64,000 nucleotides of DNA from Thecamonas trahens ATCC 50062 (GCF_000142905.1 NW_013657643.1:293089-357088), one strand, 5' to 3'; shown: positions 22,554-33,805, numbered from the stretch's first letter. Made by a program: numbers and translations. Notes: a model not told the origin generated them from the letters alone.

Positions 22554-22815
22554 GATTGGGTATGCAGAAGGTAGGGTGTAGTTGAGTGTCGATGTCGGTC
22601 TCCGTGCCTGTGCCGGTCTCCGTGCCTGTGCCGGTCGCCGTGCTGCTGGCTGGCAACAGTTTTTTGGGCAGGTTGTGCAGCAGCGTGCGGCGCGCGGGCC
22701 GAACTTGGGCGTGAGGCCGGGTGATGGCAAAGCAGGCGGGTTGAGGGCACACAGATGAACATGCGGCAGGAAGGAGAGGAGAGGCAAGGCCAAGAAGGAG
22801 AGATCAGGGAGAATC

Positions 22816-22817
<2 letters not shown>

Positions 22818-22872
<55 letters not shown>
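22818..22872. repeat. (GT)n microsatellite
   Basis: About 27 GT units. Confidence 0.97.
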
Positions 22873-22873
<1 letters not shown>

Positions 22874-22923
22874 TTCTTTGATTTGGTGTTAGGGGAGGGG
22901 GGGGGGGAAGGGGGAAGAAGCAA

Positions 22924-24244
22924 TTAGGCATCGTCCTCGACCTTGGGCGCGAGGTAGAAGCGGATGTGGCCCATGTCGCCGACGGGGTACTCGACGACGA
23001 GCGGGACACCGTTGGACATGGAGATGGTGACGGTCGGGGCAAGCGGAGTGGCCTTGGTGAAGAACGAGAGGTAGCGGAGCGCAAACGACTGCGAGACGGG
23101 CTCCTGAAGCTCGATGGAGACGCCCGGCGAGTCGGCATCGTCGTCGATAGCGGCCGACTGGCGGAGCGCAATCTTACCTGTCCCGAGCTCACCCTTGGAG
23201 GCAAAGGTGACTCCCTCCTTGGTGGTGGTGATGACCACGGTATCGCCGATGACCGAGAGATCGCGGCAGATGCGGGCAAACTCAGCCGACGGCATGGTGA
23301 CAACCGACGAGTAGTCGGTCGACGGGATGCCAAGGCGCTCCGAGTCGATGTCCAACCCGCGGAGCTGCCAGTCGGAGACCTTGGACCCGTCCTGGCTCTC
23401 AAACATGAGCGTCACGAGGTCACCGTTGTCGTCGGCCTTCATCGTCACTGCGTCGTTGTTGCCCACGCACCGCACAACCTTGGACATGGCGAGCAGGTTG
23501 AGCCCGATCGAGATGTTGCGGTCACAGCGGAAGTGATCGAACCCGTCCGCCCGCATGAGGAGCGAGACCAGCGAGACGTGCGACGAGTCCATAGCCTGCA
23601 GCGAGATGCCCGTCGACGAGCAGTCAAAGTTGGCATCCGTCACGAGGTCCTTCACGGCCTCGAGAATCTGTGCATGTCGGAATTCCCCACCCCCATTCGT
23701 GAGCATACACACACACACACTCTCTCTCTCTCTTTCTCGCTCCGGGGCGGTGGAGACCAGCCCACATGGCTAATTTCCACCCGGCAACAGGGGCGGGGGG
23801 GGGGGGGGGGGGCAAGATTCTACCGCTCGAAAAAAACGCTCTGCGCCATTTCGGGGCCTTTCGGCGACGTACCTTCTTGAGCAGGTCACCCTGTGGACAG
23901 TATGGCAGACAACGGGGGGAGGAGGGAGGGTGAGTTAGGGTAGGACATGGGAGGGAGGCTGGGGGGGGGGGGGGGGGGGAGGGGTGGTGGAAGGAAGGGG
24001 GGGGGCGAAGGGGGGGAGGCGGGTGTGTGGTGGAGGTGGAGGTGGAGGTGGGGGAGAGGGGCGGAGGGTGTAGAATCTTCCCATCGCCGCCACTTCGGGG
24101 CCTATCCGCATGGCCTAGGGCGAGGGGGGATGGCGATTCAAGCCATGCGGAAGGGGTGGGAGAGGGTTGTGCGGATGGGGCGGGGGTAGGGAGGGGAGTG
24201 GGGTGGGGGTGGACTCGTACCTGCGGCAGGCGGGCCTCAAACAT
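22924..24244 (-). CDS. PCNA: Proliferating cell nuclear antigen; exons 24221-24244, 23873-23890 (18-nt micro-exon) and 22924-23667
   Basis: Spliced product MFEARLPQ|GDLLKK|[17 protein letters not shown]...[11 protein letters not shown]...[10 protein letters not shown] is 261 aa. Introns are GTACGA...CACAG and GTACGT...CACAG. Confidence 0.96.
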
Positions 24245-24430
24245 GGTGTGTGTGTGTGTGTGTGGTCGGAGGGGGAGAAGTGGCTGACCGTGTGGGCGTC
24301 GGCGACTCGCCGAAGACAACCGAGCTTGAGTGAGTCGGTCAAAGCCCTGGGCGAGTCACCGACGCGCAGGAAGACTTTGCCCTTCCCCCAACCCATACAT
24401 GTGGTTTTACGGTTGGCTGAACGGCTATGA

Positions 24431-25768
24431 CTAGAATCCGTGGTAGGGAGCATACGAGGTGCATTGGTCGACGACAACGGCCGGCTTTGCGGCACGCGGG
24501 GCCGGGGTACAGCCCTCAGGCTCGATCAGGTACTTGTAAGGGACGGAGACCGGCGGGAGGGTGGTGGCGAGGCCGCGGTTTGCGGCAGCGCGGTTCTGGG
24601 TCTCGAGAACCACCTTCTTGGTGGGATCCCAACGTGCGGAGCGCGCGGGCGGGTCTGCATCGGCCGAGTCGCGGAGGCGAGTGGGGAGGAGGACAGCGGC
24701 TGAGGTGGCGGCGACGGCGGCGTCGAGCTCGGTGGCGTCGGGGACGACAGCGCGCGAGTAGAGCGGGGTAGCGACGGCGCGGAGCTTGGACATGCGGGTC
24801 TTGCCAAAGGCCACCTGCTGCTCGGCCTTTTCGACCAGGTCTGTTCCGCGCCATCCGGCCTCGCGCTTGCGCAGCGCGCGCCTGGAGCGTAGCGGCGTGT
24901 GCTTGAGCTCGACGCTCCGCAGGCCGGGTACCACGCCCGGAACTGCCAGCATCTCGGCCTTGGTCCGGCGCACCATGTTGCGGCGGGCGGTGGCAAGCGG
25001 CGCGCCGGTGGTCCGCGGCGGCGTAGCCAGCTCGCCGTACGGCGTCTTGGCCTTGCTCCCGCCCGAGCCCTGCGGCGCGCCAGCGGCACTCTCAGCCTTG
25101 CGCCGGCGCCGACCGCGGCGAAAGCCGGCGTAGCGGATGCGCCCAGCCTTGGTGAACCGGGCCTCGTCGAGCGAAGTCGGGACCTGCGTCGCGAGCCCGC
25201 TGTCGTCAGCGACAGTGGGTGCTGCGGCGAGCGGCGGAGCGTCGCCCGGCGTAGGCGGCACAACCGGTGCGGCGTAGGCCGAGGGCGTTGGGCGGTTGCG
25301 GCGGTTGCGGCCCGAGCCCGAGTGGGCCTTGCCCTTTCCCTTGCCCTTGCCCTTGCCGCGACGACGCGATCGCCTGCGGTTCCGCGAGCGGAGTTCGTCC
25401 GCCTCGCCCGACGCGATCGAAGCCTCCAAGGCACCAGACCTGGCGAGCGTCGGGTCCGAACCGCCGGCAAAGCCGCGGGCAATGCGGAGCGAGTCGGACG
25501 GGCTAGCGGCGGCCTGGCTGGCGGCAGTCGGGCCGGCCTCCGGCAGCGAGGATACCGACGCAACATCGTTGTTCGCCAGCAGTGGCGACGAGTCGCGGGT
25601 GTGCGAGGCCTTGATCTTCTTCCTGTCGCGGCCCTTGTTCAGCAGCGACTTTGCCAGCGTGCCCGCCGACATGCCCGCCGGCCGCAGCCTGCTGGGCACG
25701 CTGCCCCTCCGCCCGCGGAAGGCTGCCACAAGGCTCCCTTCCTCGGCCGTCATCTCCTCGCTCGCCAT
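24431..25768 (-). CDS. Hypothetical basic, largely disordered protein (445 aa)
   Basis: Long ORF with GCC-ATG start context and Arg/Lys clusters. No recognisable domain. Confidence 0.6.
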   Translation of the reverse strand: MASEEMTAEEGSLVAAFRGRRGSVPSRLRPAGMSAGTLAKSLLNKGRDRKKIKASHTRDSSPLLANNDVASVSSLPEAGPTAASQAAASPSDSLRIARGFAGGSDPTLARSGALEASIASGEADELRSRNRRRSRRRGKGKGKGKGKAHSGSGRNRRNRPTPSAYAAPVVPPTPGDAPPLAAAPTVADDSGLATQVPTSLDEARFTKAGRIRYAGFRRGRRRRKAESAAGAPQGSGGSKAKTPYGELATPPRTTGAPLATARRNMVRRTKAEMLAVPGVVPGLRSVELKHTPLRSRRALRKREAGWRGTDLVEKAEQQVAFGKTRMSKLRAVATPLYSRAVVPDATELDAAVAATSAAVLLPTRLRDSADADPPARSARWDPTKKVVLETQNRAAANRGLATTLPPVSVPYKYLIEPEGCTPAPRAAKPAVVVDQCTSYAPYHGF

Positions 25769-26210
25769 CCTCGTCCCGCAGCTGCAGTGCCTGTGGGAGA
25801 GGGTGGGAGAGGGGTGGGGTGGGTGAGGAGGTGGTGGGGGTGAAGAGGGGGGGCGAGGGGTAAAGGCGGACGGCGGAGGGGAACGGTCGGAATTTGGAGA
25901 GTGGAGGAAGGGGGGGGGGGGGGGGGGGGGGGGGCGAGCCTAAGCCGATGGCTTGATCTTTCCAATTGACCTTGCTCTAGTCTGGTCTGATCTACCGCGT
26001 GTGCCGTATCGATGGCAGGAGAGTCGTGGCTGGCCTGATGAGGGAGACAGTGGCTTGGTGTGGCTTATGTGGCTTACGTGGCTTGGCTTGGTGTGGCTCG
26101 CGTGGCTCGTCTGATGGACTTGCGCTGGCGCGAGCGGGTAAAAAATCGTTCGACTCAACTCGTCGACAGCAAGTTACCAGACGAGGCCGCGACAACAGGT
26201 GCCGAGCGCC

Positions 26211-26936
26211 ATGGCTGACCAAGACGTGATCGAAGTCAATTCGCTTCTCGAGTCTGGGCTGGTGACCCGGGAGAGGGTTCGGGCGGTGCTGGAGGAGGCG
26301 CGCGCGGCGTGGGAGGCCGAGGCCGCCCGGGATGCTGCCGGGAGCCGAGGAGGTGCGGCGAGTGTTCGTGAAGGACTCGGCGAGGGCGGCGAGACAGGGC
26401 AAGAGGCGGCCAGCGGAGCAGCCGAGCGCGAGGCGGTGATCCTGGAGAGCGGCAGCCTCCATTTTGAGAAGCACTACATTTCGCAGACCGATGCGCGGAT
26501 GACGGTGACGTTCCCGCTCAAGGAGGAGGTGGCGGTGCCGGCCGAGGAGGCGGTGAGCGCGCAGTTTACGCCGACGTCAGCAGCGGTGACGCTCCGCGGC
26601 TACCGCGGGCGCGAATTCCAGTACGTAGTGCGGCAGCTGTGCGAGCGGATCGTGCCGGACGAGTCGAGTGCCGTGCTGCGGACGTCGCGAAACGGGCAGC
26701 AAAAGCTGGTGGTGCGGCTGGCCAAGGCTGAGCGCGGCGTCGAGTGGTCCGGCGTGAGCGACGAGAAGAAGCGTAAGTCGGAGGAGCACCGGGCGCTCGC
26801 CGAGTCGGGCGCCACGACGATGGAGCTCATCCAGTCGATGTACCGCAACGCGTCCGACGAGGACCGTGCATCGCTGGCCAAAGCCATGGCCGAGGGCCAG
26901 CGCAAGCGCGAGGAGCGGGCGCGAGCACGGGCGTAG
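26211..26936 (+). CDS. CACYBP: Calcyclin-binding protein / Siah-interacting protein-like (N-helix, CS, SGS)
   Basis: N-terminal DVIEVNSLLESGLVTRERVRAVLEE. CS domain (YISQTD...VSAQFTPTS...LCERIVPDES...LAKAE...W). SGS-like MELIQSMYRNASDEDRASLAKAM. Confidence 0.75.
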   Translation: MADQDVIEVNSLLESGLVTRERVRAVLEEARAAWEAEAARDAAGSRGGAASVREGLGEGGETGQEAASGAAEREAVILESGSLHFEKHYISQTDARMTVTFPLKEEVAVPAEEAVSAQFTPTSAAVTLRGYRGREFQYVVRQLCERIVPDESSAVLRTSRNGQQKLVVRLAKAERGVEWSGVSDEKKRKSEEHRALAESGATTMELIQSMYRNASDEDRASLAKAMAEGQRKREERARARA

Positions 26937-26965
26937 CAGCGGGCGCGGCACGAGAGACTGGCCTA

Positions 26966-29258
26966 CTAGTCAAAGTCGAAGCGGACCTTGACCACGTAGC
27001 GGATTTTGACCTTATCTTCGGCGTAGACGATAAACTCGTTGTATAGCAGCTCCGAGTCGGTGTCGAGCTTGGCCGAGACGGGCTTGCCCACAGCGAGCGC
27101 GCCGTGGTCAGACGGAAAGTTGTGGGCAGGGTTGGGCACGGTCTTGCCCTCACCCATGGTCGAGTCGAGGCCCTCGGGCGGGCCTTCGAGGGCCTCGGCG
27201 GCGCGGGCGCGGTACGGCTTGCCGATGACAGCCTCGGCGAGGATGAGGTATCCGCACGGCGCATCCTTTGTGGCCCAGCAGTAGTTGGCGGCTTTGGAGA
27301 CCATGTCGGCGAGGTACACGCCCTTGCCAAACATGTAGCCGGTGACCGGAGCCTCGGGCGGGGCGATGCGAAGGCCTTGCGAGAGGATGCCAGCCATGTT
27401 AGAAACGCGAGTGCCGTGCCAGAGCAGCTTGCGGTTGTCGACGCCCGACGCGGTGGTCGTGTCGAGCGTGTGGGCGGTGCGATCGACGGCGAGCACGTCC
27501 TCGACGTGCAGCTTGTACCGCGAGTGGGTCGGGGCGTGGGTGTTGGCGACGGCGTGCGAGACCATCTTGAAGGCCTCCGAGTCGGGCGCGCACGGGGTGA
27601 TCGACGCGCCGAGCGCGGCGTACTTGGAGTCGGCCGGGTGCTGCGGAAGGTGTGAGCCTGCTCCCGAGCTGGCGGCGGCTGCGGCGGCATCGGCGGCGTC
27701 GGCGGCGTCGTCCAGAGCCTCGACCGACGCGCTCACTTCCAGGAGCGTGTCCATGACCTCAATCTTGGCCAGGAGCGTCTCCTTGGAGTCGATGACCGGA
27801 ACGGCGCTGCGGCCAAAGTTGTGCGGGACGAGCGTGTAGAACCGGTTCGAGTAGTCGACGAGGCGGGCCCGCGAAGGCGCCGGCTTCACCAGCTCGCTCT
27901 CGATGAGCTTGAGAACAGCAAAGCCCTTGGAGAGGTGCTTGACCGTCAGCTGGCCGAGCGGCATCTTGTCGACGTCGATGCGCATGGCGAGGAGCGTCGA
28001 CCGCAAGAGCGACGCGTCGAAGATCTCGTCGACCATCGTACGGACCGGCGGAGGGAGTGTCGACGGTGCATACGCTGACTCGTCAACTGTGGTGTCCGAC
28101 GCAGCGTCGTCGGTCATGGCCGACGGCCCACCCGAGTCACCAGGGGCAGCGAGCGCGAGCGGGTAGTACTTGCCGCGCTTCTTGACAAACTCGGCAGCGC
28201 CCCACTCGTTACCGGTCTTGCCCTCGTACTTGTCGTGGAAGAGGTCGAGCGCGTCGGCCAGGTCCATCGGCCCGACAAGGTCCTTGGAGCCCATGCGGCG
28301 GGCGCCGACGCGGCCATACTTGTAAAACACGTACGCGTCGGTCCCAACCCGGATGAGCTGCAGCAAGTAGTATGAGTTGAGCCCGGCACCAATGTCGGTC
28401 ATGTTGAGCATGACGTTGTACACCGAGCTTGCCGAGGTGTGGATGACGCCCTCGTCGTCGAGACCCGAGTCTGGATCGACGGCGTTGGGCGCCACAGTCT
28501 CGACCCGCGGTGCCTCGGCCTCGCCGACCGCCCGCTTGCCGGCAAGTGGGTCGACAACCGCCGATGCCGACCTTCCGGCGAGGCCCTTGCGCCGCTTGGC
28601 CGACGGACCGAGCGCTGCCGCGGCATCGTCGGCTTCGCGCGCCCGCTTGAGCGCCGCCGGCGAGAGCAGCCGCGTTAGCGGCAGCGCCTTGCTCTTCACC
28701 AGCTTGCGCAGCGTCGGCGACGCGTCGAGCACTGTGCCAGACGACTCGTCGTCAAACGAGAACGCCGTCGGCGGCGCAGACGCCGGCAGCTTGCTCGCCA
28801 CGTACACGCACCGCGACCACTCGGAGAGCCAGCCCGAGCACTGGTACGCGCCATCCTTGAACTGCAGCTTGGCCTCGGAACACTCGGGACATGGCGGCGG
28901 AACGCCAAATACAGCAACGTCCGCGAGATGAGCCACCACCTTGTCCTTACCGCCCGACTCGCGGTCGACACCATTGACCGCCAGCGCGTCGAGGAACGTC
29001 GCCTTGTCGTAGCTCGCCGCAAGCTCGTCGCGGACCGCCCACAGCGTCTTGTTCTGCTCCTTGAACGCCACGACCTGAGGATCGTCGTCGGCTCCGCCCT
29101 TGCCGCCACTACCTCCGCCTGCTGCGCCTTCCGCCTTTGCCGCGTGGTTCTTCAGCCGGTGGATGAGCGCGGCTTTGCGCCCAGCGGTCTTGAGCCCGGC
29201 GTCCTTGAGCCTCTCTTTGAGCACGGCCACCGTGAGGCTCGCGAGATCTTCCGAGCCT

Positions 29259-29290
<32 letters not shown>

Positions 29291-29992
29291 ACCGGATGCA
29301 GCGGCCGCTGCAGCCGCAGCATCCTTGGCCGCTCGCGAGCGGGTGGTTCGTTTCTTGGGCGAGCCTGCGTCGGCGTCGCTAGTCGAGCGCTTGCGCTTTG
29401 AATCGGTCTTGACCGCAGCCTTGTCCTTGGCGGCCTTGCCCTTGGCGGCCTTGCCCTTGGCGGCCTTGCCCTTGGCGGCCTTGCCCTTGGCGGCCTTGCC
29501 CTTGGCAGCCTTGCTCGCCTTGGCAGCAGCCTTGGCGTCAAGATCGGCGACGTGTTCAGCAAGAGCAGCGGTAAACTTTTCCTGATCGTCATAGCGAGCA
29601 TCGGAAAAGCCGGCGACCTCAGCAACGTCGCGCAGCTTGTACGTCGTAGCCCGCATCCGCATCTGCTTGTTGAACAAGCACGGGACGGCGTGGAACCAGT
29701 GGGTCATGTCGCCATCGTACTGCGACATCCGGATCACACATCACGTGGCATGGAAGGAGAGAGGTGGAGGGAGCCGGTGGAGGCTAGGTGAGTCGATGAT
29801 CAAGAGGGAGGGAGGGAGGGAGGGAGGGAGGGAGGAGGGGAAGGGAGGGCGTACAAAGGGTGACGGGAAGGTCCGGCCAATGCGGAAGGCACCCTCGGCG
29901 ATGGCCTTGCCGCAGCCCTTGCACTTGGCGCGCGAGCTAGGAGCGTAGCCGACTGAGAAGCGGATGGAGGAGACCTTCTCTTCCGAAGACAT
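26966..29992 (-). CDS. PARP1: Poly(ADP-ribose) polymerase, PARP1-like (zf-PARP, SAP, PADR1, WGR, regulatory, catalytic); exons 29855-29992 and 26966-29719
   Basis: Zinc finger YAPSSRAKCKGC...WFH spans intron 29720-29854 (GTACGC...CGCAG). SAP LTVAVLKERLKDAGLKTAGRKAALIHRL. PADR1 CPEC...CSGWLSEWSRC. WGR-like KYGRVG. Catalytic LWHG, GYMFGKGVYLADMVSKAANY and LYNEFIVY (H-Y-E triad). Confidence 0.92.
29420..29510 (-). repeat. Coding 15-bp tandem repeat (AAKGK)n in the PARP linker
   Basis: gccttgcccttggcg repeated about 5-6 times. Confidence 0.9.
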
Positions 29993-30707
29993 GGCGAGTG
30001 TGCAGAGCGGAGAGCGGTGGGGGTGGAGGGTGGAGGGGGGGTGGGGCTAGCGACAGCCGCCTGGTGAAGTCGCTGCGAGTGATATCAGCCGGTGACAGCC
30101 GTGACAGCAGCCGGAGGAAGGGAGATGGGATCGGATGAGGAGGGCGGAAGGGAGGGAGGGAGGGAGGGGGGGGCAGGGAGCGGAGGGAGGAAGGAAGTCG
30201 AGCTGATGTAGTGGTGGCGTGGTAGCGCGGTGACGTGGTGGTGTGGTGGAGATGATAGTGACGATGATGCTATGATGACGATCACGATGGCATGACTCCA
30301 GGAGGCAGGCAGGTTGTGGTGACGATCATGGTGCCATCAGGCATGATCATGGGCCCATGGGCCACAGTTTGCGATGCCAGCTAGCTGCGGGGGGGCAATC
30401 GGTGAGAGGGGACAGCACAGCGCACCGGACAGTCCGCTGGTCATCCGTTCGTCGTCAGCTCCGTTTCTTCATTTCTTCGGCCAACGCCTGCCACCGGACA
30501 CCGGACTCTCTCAAGTTTTTCGAGCAGGTAGGTTTTGAGCAGAGTGTGGGAAGTGGGGGGAGGGGGAGGGGGGCACACCGGTGGGCAGGCTAGCGAGGGG
30601 TTCTGGGACGGAACGGGAGAGGGGGGGGGGGGGGGTGAGATTGGAGACTGACGGAGCAAGGGGCGTTTACTTGGCATGGGTAGGGCGAGGAGGCGGCTTG
30701 GGAGGGC

Positions 30708-32885
30708 ATGCCGCGGTCGTCTGTGTCGAGGTCGCTGTCGTCGTCGCTCGGTGCGCTGAGCCCGTTGCGGCCCGGGCGCGGCAGCGAGGAGAATGGGCTG
30801 CGTGTAGACGTGTCACCGGTGCGTGTGCAGCGGCGGCGCGGTGGAGGAGGTGGTGAAGGTGGCGGCGATCGGGATCGTGAGCGGCGACGGCGGGTAGCGT
30901 CGCGCAAGTCTGGCGAGTTTCTGCGCGCACGATCGATTGTGCGGAGTGCGGTGGAGGCTCTGGAAGACACGCACGATGAGGCGTGCGATGTGTGCGCGGA
31001 TGGCGGCGATCTGCTTTGCTGCGACTCGTGCACGCGGGTGTACCACCTAGAGTGCCTAGGCATGCGCGAGAAGGACATTCCGCGCGGCAAGTGGGAGTGC
31101 GCCTACTGCACGTCGGCCGAAGAGGTGCGGATCCATGTGGTGCGGCTGTTTATGGGCGGGAAGGAGATTGACCCGAAGCGCCCGATTGGGCTGCCGCGGC
31201 CAAAGCTGCAGACGGAGACGCGGTCGCGGAAGCGGAAGCTCGGCTCGCCCGAGGTCGACAGCGTGGCGACGCCGGGCGCCGGTGTTGGGACGCCCAAGAG
31301 AAGACGAGGCCTTGGCTCGCCGGGACCGGTCTTTCTTCGCACGCCGCCACCGCAGACGGAGGAGGCCTTGGCGGCGGCGTCTCGGCGGGCGCGCGAGTGG
31401 GCGTCGGAGGTCCGAGGGAGCCGCCGTCTGTCGGACCTCCCCATGGGCTTTATCCACTCACAGTACCTGCAACGGTCGGTGCTCTCGGCGCTGGGCCTGG
31501 AGCCGTCGCCGCCGCGAGGGGCCAAGGCCGATGTGGTGAGCGAGGAGGAGCAGCTGGCACTAGCAGTTGCTGCGGCCGAAGCGAACAAAAGCCCGAGCCG
31601 CGGGCCGAGCAGCTCGCCGCGGCGGGCGTCGGCGCGGCTGCTGACTCAGGAGCGGACGTGGGCGGCGTGCGGGTCGTGGAAGCGGGCCATGGACCGATAC
31701 CAGGCGCGGGTGGCGGCGCAGGGCGAAGGCGCGCTTGTCACACCGCTTGTTTTTGAGCTCTCAGAGTACTCATCGAGCGACGGCGAGAGCGGCGAGAACG
31801 GCGGCGGCGGCAGCGGCAGCGGGCCCAGTGATAGCGGGGCGGCGTCGGCGTCGTCGTCCGAGGACCTGTCGGACGCGCGGTTTGCCGAGTTTGGGCGGAA
31901 CTTTGGCATGTCGCCCGAAGCTGCGTCGCGGCACCGAGTTCTGCTCAAGGCTGCCGAGAAGGAGCGGGTGCGGATCCACCGGATCGAGAAGCAGCGGCTG
32001 CAGCAGAAGCAGCGGAAGGAGAAGGCGGCCATGGACCGGTCGCCAATCCTTAAGTTTTGGCGGCGAACGCTCGACGCGCCGTGGGAAGTCCGCCGCAAGC
32101 CGGTTTTCCGACCCAAGACGCCCAAGCAAAAGATCATGGAGATGCCGCCGCGGTTCTGGCTCACGCACCCGTTCTCGCCGTTGTACTACTCGGACCTCTC
32201 TATTTCGCCGCGGACCACCAATGGGGTGTATGTGCCGTCGTCGCCCCGCTCGCCGCTGTCGGCGGGGGCAGCGTCGCCTAGAACTGTGGTCCGCTTCCCA
32301 CCAGCAGCCTCACCATCGCCCAAGTGGTCCGGCCGCGGCAAGCACCCGGATCGGGTCATCTCGGCCTCAATCCTCGCCTGGAAACACGAGGCCGAGCGCC
32401 GCGAGGCCGCCGAAGAGGCTGCCGCCGAAAAGGCTGCTGCCGAGAAAGCCGCCGCAGAAGAGGCCAAGGCAAAGGCCAAAGCCAAGGCCGCCACTGAAAA
32501 GGCCAAGGTTAAGGCCAAGGCCAAGGCCAAAGCAAGTCCCAAGGCCAACAAGGCTAGCAAGACCAAGACTCCGGCAAAGGCCAAGACTAAGCCCAAGCCA
32601 AAGGCCAAGGCCAAGGCCAAGACTCCGGCAAAGGCCAAGACTCCGGCAAAGGCCAAGACTCCGGCAAAGGCCAAGGCAAGCTCTGGGAATGGCCGCAGTC
32701 GCGGCCGTGGGCGTGGATCGGCCAAAGGCGGCAGCAGTGGTCTCGCCCGCGGAGGCAAGGCCTCGAGCAAGAAGAAGCCGGCTTCACCGGCCAAGCAGTA
32801 CGGTGGCATCAAGAAGCCCACCCCGCGCAAGTCGACAGGACGGGTGCCAGCTCGATCACGGGCACCCCCACTCAAGTATCGGTAA
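30708..32885 (+). CDS. PHD-finger chromatin protein with a histone-H1-like Lys/Ala/Pro tail
   Basis: PHD finger CDVCADGGDLLCCDSCTRVYHLECL...PRGKWECAYC. C-terminal (KTPAKA)n repeats. Confidence 0.85.
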   Translation: MPRSSVSRSLSSSLGALSPLRPGRGSEENGLRVDVSPVRVQRRRGGGGGEGGGDRDRERRRRVASRKSGEFLRARSIVRSAVEALEDTHDEACDVCADGGDLLCCDSCTRVYHLECLGMREKDIPRGKWECAYCTSAEEVRIHVVRLFMGGKEIDPKRPIGLPRPKLQTETRSRKRKLGSPEVDSVATPGAGVGTPKRRRGLGSPGPVFLRTPPPQTEEALAAASRRAREWASEVRGSRRLSDLPMGFIHSQYLQRSVLSALGLEPSPPRGAKADVVSEEEQLALAVAAAEANKSPSRGPSSSPRRASARLLTQERTWAACGSWKRAMDRYQARVAAQGEGALVTPLVFELSEYSSSDGESGENGGGGSGSGPSDSGAASASSSEDLSDARFAEFGRNFGMSPEAASRHRVLLKAAEKERVRIHRIEKQRLQQKQRKEKAAMDRSPILKFWRRTLDAPWEVRRKPVFRPKTPKQKIMEMPPRFWLTHPFSPLYYSDLSISPRTTNGVYVPSSPRSPLSAGAASPRTVVRFPPAASPSPKWSGRGKHPDRVISASILAWKHEAERREAAEEAAAEKAAAEKAAAEEAKAKAKAKAATEKAKVKAKAKAKASPKANKASKTKTPAKAKTKPKPKAKAKAKTPAKAKTPAKAKTPAKAKASSGNGRSRGRGRGSAKGGSSGLARGGKASSKKKPASPAKQYGGIKKPTPRKSTGRVPARSRAPPLKYR

Positions 32886-33022
32886 TATGACTTCTGCCTT
32901 GGGCAACAGCGACAGCCACCGCCACCGCCAACCGTGTAGCCACCCAGCCACCGCCACCGACCTCAGCCACGGGCGCCGGCCACTGGCGCCGGCAAGTGGC
33001 CACACGTCACGCACCAACCACC

Positions 33023-33805
33023 ATGGACAACTCCATTACGCAGATGCTGCGTGCAGCAGAGCACGAGGCCGAGGAGATTATTGCAGCAGCCAAGGCGGGT
33101 ACGTATCTGGAGCAGGAGAGGAAGAGGGAGGGCGGGGAGGGGGGCGGGGGCGGGGGGCGGGGGGGGGGGGGTGACGACCGTCGGCGATGGGCAGCGTGTG
33201 ACCTGGGGGTGTGGGCAGTTCTTTTTTGTGGGCCGCAGCAAGGAGGGGGTGAGGGGCATGGTGCGGTGCACGGTATGAGGGCAGGGGAGTGGAGAAGGAG
33301 AGGGAGGGAGGGAGGGGGAGGGGAGAAGGGAGGGAAAGGAATGAGGGGGGGGGGGGGGGTTGAGGGGGGAGGGAGGGGGGGAGGGTGGCAGGCGACTGAT
33401 ACTCATGGCGAGGTCGGGCGGCGGACGTCGGACGGACGGACGGATGGACGGACGGACGGACGAATGGATGGATGGACGTATGGACAAACACACTGCTGGG
33501 CAACAGCACGGAACGCCAAGCTCCGGCGTGCGGCCGACGAGGCTGCAGCCGAGGCAGACGCGATCCGGAAGCGCAAGCAGGCTGAGCTTGACAACTACCA
33601 GTCTCTGCATGCGGACGAGGTGGCGCAGGAGGAGCAGGCGGCGGCAGCGCGCCAGGCTGAGGAGACTGCGCGGATCCAGGCGGCGGTGGCCGACCGGGCG
33701 GATGTGGTCATCGACATGCTGCTCGACGCCGTGGTCGAGGTCAAGACGGACGTGCACAAGAACGTGGCGCTGGCGCACGCGCGGGCGGATGCACTCAAGA
33801 ACTAA
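33023..33805 (+). CDS. ATP6V1G: V-type ATPase subunit G; exons 33023-33098 and 33507-33805
   Basis: ITQMLRAAEHEAEEIIAAAK-A-RNAKLRRAADEAAAE...VIDMLLDAVVEVKTDVHKN. Phase-1 intron GTACGT...AACAG gives a 124-aa product. Confidence 0.88.
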   Translation: MDNSITQMLRAAEHEAEEIIAAAKAGTYLEQERKREGGEGGGGGGRGGGGDDRRRWAACDLGVWAVLFCGPQQGGGEGHGAVHGMRAGEWRRRGREGGGGEKGGKGMRGGGGVEGGGRGGGWQATDTHGEVGRRTSDGRTDGRTDGRMDGWTYGQTHCWATARNAKLRRAADEAAAEADAIRKRKQAELDNYQSLHADEVAQEEQAAAARQAEETARIQAAVADRADVVIDMLLDAVVEVKTDVHKNVALAHARADALKN

